The position numbers and the translations under genes were made by a program. From Selaginella moellendorffii (lineage: Eukaryota; Plantae; Lycopodiophyta): a stretch of DNA of 64,000 bases. The DNA lies in assembly GCF_000143415.4 (NCBI RefSeq), contig NW_003314283.1:1354330-1418329 (forward strand), in the 5' to 3' direction. How positions within the stretch are numbered: the stretch's first letter is position 1; each line of letters opens with the position of its first letter. Below are positions 57,450-64,000 of the stretch, one piece after another. Under the pieces are notes generated by a model. The model did no database searches. It saw only the letters and a program-made list of their open reading frames with translations, and was not told the origin of the DNA.

Positions 57450-60400
57450 TTATTCATTTAGATTAATCTCATATTTATACCTAATAAATATGTAATAATT
57501 TCTAAACTTTCTTAAGCACCTCTTAATATATTCTAGTTTATTCTAGATTGGATTTGTGGCCATAAATAATCATAATGTTACTTCTTTGATCTAATGTATC
57601 AAAATAGTTTTTATGGAAATTAAATCAATTAAAAAATAAATTTAAGTTTGAAAACAAGAAATATTTGTATATATTGGTCATGCTAGTGTAATCTTGTAAA
57701 AATGATAATTAAAAAAAATCTATAAAATCATCACATCAATTAATAGATGATCTTTAATGCAAAAGCAAATATTCCTATTAAGCTTCATCATAAAATGAGG
57801 CCCCAAGGACTTTGAGACTTATAGATAACATATTTTTCCAACATCTTTTAGACATTTGGTCATAAGATCTTAATTTCATTGGATGATATGTTGCAATTTT
57901 AACCCTAGATAACAAATCAAGATTGGGGAAATTAGTATACTTTTACCTAAGTTAATCAATTGTCACATTAGAAGGACTATCTAAAGGATTTAGAGAGGGA
58001 ATAAAACATAAAGGAAACAATTAAAAAAATGATGTGATGGAAGTAAAGGTAAAAACAAAAAGATGAAACCTCAAAATCATATTTGGCATTTTTGTGCTGT
58101 AATGAATTCATACCAAATATAAAGTTCAAAACCTGACTTGGCAGTACTCACAAGGAGTGGATCTCATGCTCAAGATCACCTACATGCATAATTAGGTTTG
58201 CTCATTCTATGTATAGCTGTTGCTATAGAGAATAAAGATTAACTTTACCACAAAAATTAAGATTGAAAAATAACCACTAAATGAATTTCTTGTGAATATG
58301 ACTATTAGTATCAAAATTTACTTGAAAGTTACTTGTTGGCAAAAAAATTTTAAATGTTCTTTTTTTACTACTATAATAGTAGGAGGCTGGTATTTCTTAA
58401 CCTTTTATTAATATTTAATTAAGCTAGTTGAGAAATTACATTTGGGCCAAATAAACATAATGTAAAAACTCTCATATGTTTCTTATTGTACTTGGATTGG
58501 ATGAGAAACTTATATATTAGTTTGTATTTACTATTGTTGGAAACCCTTATAATAATAAGCTTAGTTCCTCAATATTTGCTATAGCTTACTATGTTTATTA
58601 GATATTCTCACTATGTGTTGGTCTTGTTTTGGTCTTAATAGCTATTTATGAAATTTACAATTTAAACATATCTATAAAATATAAAAAATATCCTAAATAT
58701 GATGGTGTTATTTCCTCATAATCTAACACCATTCTATATAGCATGTTTATCTTTGTTTTGCATTCAGCTTAAGTCTAAGCTTAAACTCTATACCATGCTA
58801 GCTGATGAAGTACTCAAATCCTTGCATTAATCCACTAGTATGTTAAAATAATGCTAAACACTATTTAGTGTTGTTTAAAGCTACTTTTTATCTCCACATA
58901 AAATACAGAAATGTGTATATTTAATTAGCCCAAGAACACTGGTTTATATATAGAAACAAGTGGTCTAAATTAAAATTAATCTAATGGCTATCAAAATCTT
59001 ACTATGCTAATATTAGTATACTACATTGTACAATTCTACATATCATCCTCCTTAACCCAGCATTGATTCTACTTTTAGTAAGAATGGATTAAGAAATATG
59101 AAGGGAAGATTAAAAGATTTAGCATTTACTTTACTACCTTACATTTATAATATGACCTTTCTCAAATGTGGAAAAGAATCAAGGTGATCCATGGGAACAC
59201 CACACTATTTCCAGCCATCAATGCCTTGTCTTAGAATGTATTAAGCAAGATAATAATTGGCAAAGATGTTCCACATGAATTATGATAGCATTACAATTGA
59301 GGCACATTATTGAGTTGGGATCTCACATAGATGATCTTGGGTTACTTGATAAAAAAATATTCTAAATAGAAACACCAATGCTATAATGTTATTACTATCA
59401 CTTAGTGACTTATGTTGTATTATTAATTAAAGATTAAATAATAACATTTAACATATTATTAATATTTATTTCTAAGATTTAAAAAAACTAAATATTATTG
59501 TAAGTGTAACAAAATTTTGTTTTTTGAAAGTATATCTGTAAATAATTAATTCAATTACACTTACGAAAGACTCATCTTCAATGTTACTGAATTAACTTGA
59601 ATGAAATAGAAAATCTCAAAATCTTTTGAATAGAATAAACACTTATTTTCTGGAATTCAATGCATTTGCCATACCTTATAGCTTCTAGAACTTCTGGAGT
59701 TTTCATGAACCTTATAAAAGGGTCATATTGCTCATATATGAGTAGAGGTATGGACATTATGGATGGAATGGACATATTAAATCTAGACAAAGACATGAAG
59801 ACTATTATTCCTTCTAACTTCATAAAGTTTATGATTTGAATTATTTAATGAAGGGGCAGATTATTTTAGGAGCAAAAATAAGCTTTCTTCATTATTAGTA
59901 TTTTGCCATCTTACTTTTGCTCTACTTTAGCAATTTCCTTTTCTATATCACTACTGGTATAATCATCTCTTGAGCTCAAGTCTACTATCCTATTGTATGC
60001 ATCCCTACAAGTTATATAAATTAGAGATTTCTCATGTATCCCAAAAGCAAACTCTTGCATCAGTAGTTGTAAAGACATTTTTTCCTTAATAGCCATATAT
60101 GATCTCATATAACCATCCTTTCATAAATATCTTTTCAATCCCTCTAACATTTTTTATTGTTATGACAAAAACATAAAAATCATTGATGACTCAATGATAG
60201 AGGGAGTGACAATTTAATATGTGAATATCCTAAAAAGATATATATATTAAAATTTTGTTATAACATTCTTATTTATTTGTAAATATTTGAATGTCAAGTG
60301 ATATTAATTTCTCAAATTATCATTTGTATAACTTTCTTATTTGGCTATAACATTCAATCCAATTCCTTCTGAGAAGTTGTAACACTAATAATGGCTATAC

Positions 60401-61800
60401 ATTTAATCTTTCTCTATAATGCAATAATGTAGCTATAATCAAAATATTTATAATGTTTGTAGTGGTGATATTAGCATACTATAATTAACCAAAAGAACAA
60501 CTTGAGAGAGCATCCATTAGAGATTAAATATAAAAGGAAAGAGCCCATAAATAAAAGTGTAACCTTTTTTTCTATTAGTTAAAGGTTTTGGGATATTTAG
60601 AGTTAACTGTAATTATATTTAAGTTGTTATGGGTTTTTCAAAATTTAGGAGTTTACATTTGGTATCAAATAAGACTTAGATTCAAACTCTATTTTACAAA
60701 CAAATTCAGAAGCTATTCATAGCAATTTATAGCAATCAAGAAGGGGTGATGGATTAACAAATAAGGGCTACCATAATTATAAATATTTTAGGAAAATATT
60801 AGTGGATATATATATTAAATTTCATAGCATAGAATACTATTAAGAGTTTTTATTCAGTATTATAATAGGAAGCTGATACTTTTATATAGCTGCTTATATA
60901 GATGAAACTGTCACAATAGGGTATTTTTGCATAGATTATCTAAACTTCATTTGTGTTTTTCAAATTATAATTTAATTTAGGTTTTAATCTCTCAACTCAA
61001 CATTTTCTATCTTTTGTGGTTTTGCCCAAAATTAATTTCTTCAAAAAGCTTCTCTCTATCTATCATCTAAATTGATTTCTTGATAGATAGAATTATAAAA
61101 AAAAATGTGTCTTAAAATATCTTTAAAAACAAATAAATAGTATAACAATAATTTATCTTTTACATTTTGATCATTTGTTTTTGACATATGTATATTTCAA
61201 TATAAAATATATCAACAATTTCTGTATAAATATATGGTTTTAAATTTTTCATAGAAAAATAAAAGTATCACTTATTATGATTGAAAACCCAACAAAAACA
61301 GTTTTTAAAATAAATGAATTTTAACTATAATAAAATAAACTATTATGATGCCATTAAAATAGGGGCTCTATTGACTACTACTTTTCAAAGAGTAAAGAAA
61401 GAGAAAAAACAACAGAAAAATCATAGAAGAAATTAAGATTAACAAAAAATATATGTAATAATAATTTATAAATCATAGTTAATATTTAAACAATATATTT
61501 TGTTTTAAAACATAAATTTTATTCATATATATTGGAAGAGTTGGTTAATTTAGAGTGAGGCCTTGACTAAAGAGAAGTCGTTAATTCACCAAGTTAAATT
61601 TTGCTTATGGGTACTAGCCGAGAAAAATATTTCAAAGTCTGCTTTTCATACACCATTTAGTTTATATGAATTTTTGTTGATATTGTTTGGTTTAAATTAG
61701 GAACTTTTAATAGGCCGATCCTCCAGAAATTCTACATGTGTAATAATTGAAATGCTTCGTATAAAGGGATTAAGAATAATTGGCACCACCTACAGATCCA
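57450..61800. mobile_element. AT-rich block, probably decayed retroelement sequence
   Basis: Very low GC, no credible ORFs. Composition and some local similarity resemble the copia-derived block at 43-46 kb. Confidence 0.35.
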
Positions 61801-61934
61801 CTAATGTCTCTTCCTGATGTTCCTCTAGATCGTGGTCCGTCCACGAGAGTGTAAGGAACCAACTCCCCAAGGTGTCGTAGGCTAAAGGATCCCCGAAAGC
61901 ATGACCAAAATGACAAAGAGTTCATCAGATGGGA

Positions 61935-62335
61935 CCGAGTCTAAGATCGAGTCCAAGATTGACTCTGAGATTGAGTTTGAGATAGAGTTCGGAATCGAGT
62001 CCGAGGTCGAGTCCGAAGTTGAGTCCGAGTTCGAGACCGAGTTCGAGACCGAGTCCGAGGTCGAGTCCGAAGTCGAGTCCGAGTTCAAGACTGAGTTCGA
62101 GACCGAGTCCGAAGTCGAGTCCGAGTTCAAGACTGAGTTCGAGACCGAGTCCGAAGTCGAGTCCGAGTTCAAGACTGAGTTCGAGACCGAGTCCGAAGTC
62201 GAGTCCGAGTTCAAGATTGAGTTCGAGACCGAGTCCGAAGTCGAGTCCGAGATCAGGTCCGAGATCATGTCCGAGATCAAGTCCGAGACCGAATCCAAAG
62301 TCGGGTCCGAGATCGAGTCTGAGACCGAGTCCAAG
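61935..62335 (+). repeat. Hexamer-based (CGAGTC/CGAGTT/CGAGAC) minisatellite with ~30-bp higher-order unit, inside the LTR
   Basis: GAGTTCAAGACTGAGTTCGAGACCGAGTCCGAAGTCGAGTCC-type units repeated in tandem. Confidence 0.9.
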
Positions 62336-63192
62336 TACTAATACAAGTCAAAGGGTGAAAACCCAAAGTGTGTGTCTCCGGGGGGGGGGGGGGGAGGGCT
62401 GGAGGGGGTTCCAAAAGTATAGTAGGGATAGTGAGGTCCAAGAACCAGTCTTGAAGGAACTCTCCAGTGGTACTTCCAAACTGACTTGAGGTTGAGACTG
62501 GGGCCGAGGGGCTTTAGGTGGGAGTGAGCATAGACTTGGGTGGTGCCGGAGGGGCCACCCCAGAAAGTGCTCAAGAGCAGCTCCCACTCCCGAAAGGGAA
62601 ACCGACTACAATGCTCCCAGCTCATGTGGAATGGTGCCCCATTTGAGTACCTTGTGGCTCATCAGTCCTTGCCCTTCCTAAAGGCTTGGGCCTTCCCTTC
62701 GGGATGGAGGTGGGGGGGTAGAAGTACCCATACCGAGCTGTTAAGCCACGGTGTTTCGCCCCGGCGTCCCGAAGCAAGTGTTGCACCCAAGACTTGGGAT
62801 TTAGAGGGTCCTATGATCAAGTCTTGTGGTACCAAGGGATGTTAAGAACCTAGAGGTTTGGTGTGCTTGGCTGCTTGTGCCTGCGGGGAGTGTAGCCGAA
62901 CCTTAAGTCCAATCTAACCCGGGGAGGGGGATTGGGAGAGATTTGGGAATCTATGGATGGATGACTAACATTCCGTTGTTTGTGCAGTGAGTAGTTGAAA
63001 CCAAGTAGGACCAAGTAGGAGCTAGTACCATAGGTGGGAACCTTGGTGAGGGAACTTAGCAAAAGCTAGGGTAGTGTTGGACGGATAGACGAGGTAAGCT
63101 GGCAAATTGGAAAGGAAAAATTTTTGGCTTACAATTTGGTATCAGAGCCTTTTCCTCAGTTCTAGCGAAGGATAGAGGCAGATTGCTGAGAG

Positions 63193-63965
63193 ATGGCAAA
63201 GGCAGGGTGCAAACGAACCAAGGCAAAGATAAAACTTCCGCTAGAGCTGGAGCCTCTGGTTGAACAAGAGGCTATGGATGAGGAATCCTTGCATGAGGAG
63301 GACTCCAGTGAGGAAACTTCCAAACAGGAGTCTGGTGGCAAGGTTTGGTCGTCCAAGTCTCGATTGGACGTTTTAAAAGGACAATTGGCACAGACCAATG
63401 CCTTGTTGGAGACTCTCGTATGCAAGCTAAAGCGTGACGAGAAGCGGAAAAAAAAGCGAAAGACTGCGGATGCTAGCAGCGCAGAAGGTGCGGACCCTTT
63501 GGTAGAGATTGAGGCAGAACCAAACAAGGTCGAACAAATCGAAGTGGAATCAGTCCCTCAGGCAGTTCCCAAGTACAAACCAAAGCCCCCACTGGTCTTC
63601 AAGGGAGTGAACGACTATAAAGTGGTGGAGGATTGGTTTTACGATATGGAGGATTACTTTCGAGCGTTGCAGTTACCGAGGTCCCATGTGCAAAACCATA
63701 CTTGGCAGATAATGCCAAGTCTTGGTGGAGAACGATAGAGGCCAACAAAAGACCAGTGGCCACTTGGGAAATGATGAAGGTGAGGATCTGCACGACATAC
63801 GTTCCTCCGAATGCTACTCTGCATCTAAGAGATGAGCTGAGTAGGCTGAAGCAGACCGGAACCATTCAGGAGTATGTGAATGGGTTTATAGCAAAGAGGA
63901 TACTTATCACGGACATGGGGGATATGGTTGCGTTCCATGCCTTCATATCTGGCTTGCAAACCTAG
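63193..63965 (+). pseudogene. Gag of the gypsy element, frameshifted near 63685 and stopped at 63963
   Basis: VEDWFYDMEDYF in one frame; YLADNAKSWW...W..MK...L..LKQTGTIQEY...F..GL in the next. Confidence 0.8.
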
Positions 63966-64000
63966 GTTCGCGATGAGGTGATGCGTTGGAACTCGACCAA

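Larger units (their letters stand above)
61850..64000 (+). mobile_element. 5' part of a Ty3/gypsy LTR retrotransposon (tRNA-Met primed, chromovirus-like)
   Basis: LTR TGTAAG(61850)...CTTACA(63133), PBS TGGTATCAGAGC at 63137-63148, then gag. Runs off the end of the window. Confidence 0.88.

Noticed and set aside
61882-62489. Glu/Ser-rich or Ser/Pro/Arg-rich proteins from ORFs at 61.9-62.5 kb
   Set aside because: These are translations of a hexamer minisatellite inside an LTR.

Overview
Eukaryotic land-plant nuclear DNA. Compact genes with ~50-60 bp introns, a PLS-class PPR gene, TBL, GDU and OPR genes, and GC-rich gene islands between AT-rich decayed transposons point to a lycophyte such as Selaginella (inference). 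Ordinary genes: SPCS1/SPC12, TBCE, glutamine dumper, an RLCK kinase, NRPB12, a transportin-3/importin-13-like karyopherin, FolD, OPR, two alpha/beta-hydrolases, a HAD/NIF phosphatase-like ORF, PPR and TBL. The standout is an array of five intronless isocyanide synthase genes (ICS; DIT1/PvcA family) at 7-34 kb, an enzyme family characterised in fungi and bacteria. Three copies have open frames, one is frameshifted and one is truncated. They form a head-to-head pair, a tandem duplicate of that pair and a mosaic fifth copy, all flanked by typical plant genes. This suggests a horizontally acquired, expanding isonitrile/N-formyl amino-acid pathway in a plant. Also present: a full-length non-chromovirus Ty3/gypsy element with three tandem retropepsin-like repeats, an aldo-keto-reductase-derived foldback hairpin, an intronic hairpin in TBL, a FolD/hydrolase duplication with reciprocal gene loss, copia remnants, and the 5' end of a second gypsy element. 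There are two 100-N assembly gaps (3032-3131, 32605-32704). All calls come from motif recognition by eye; no searches were run.
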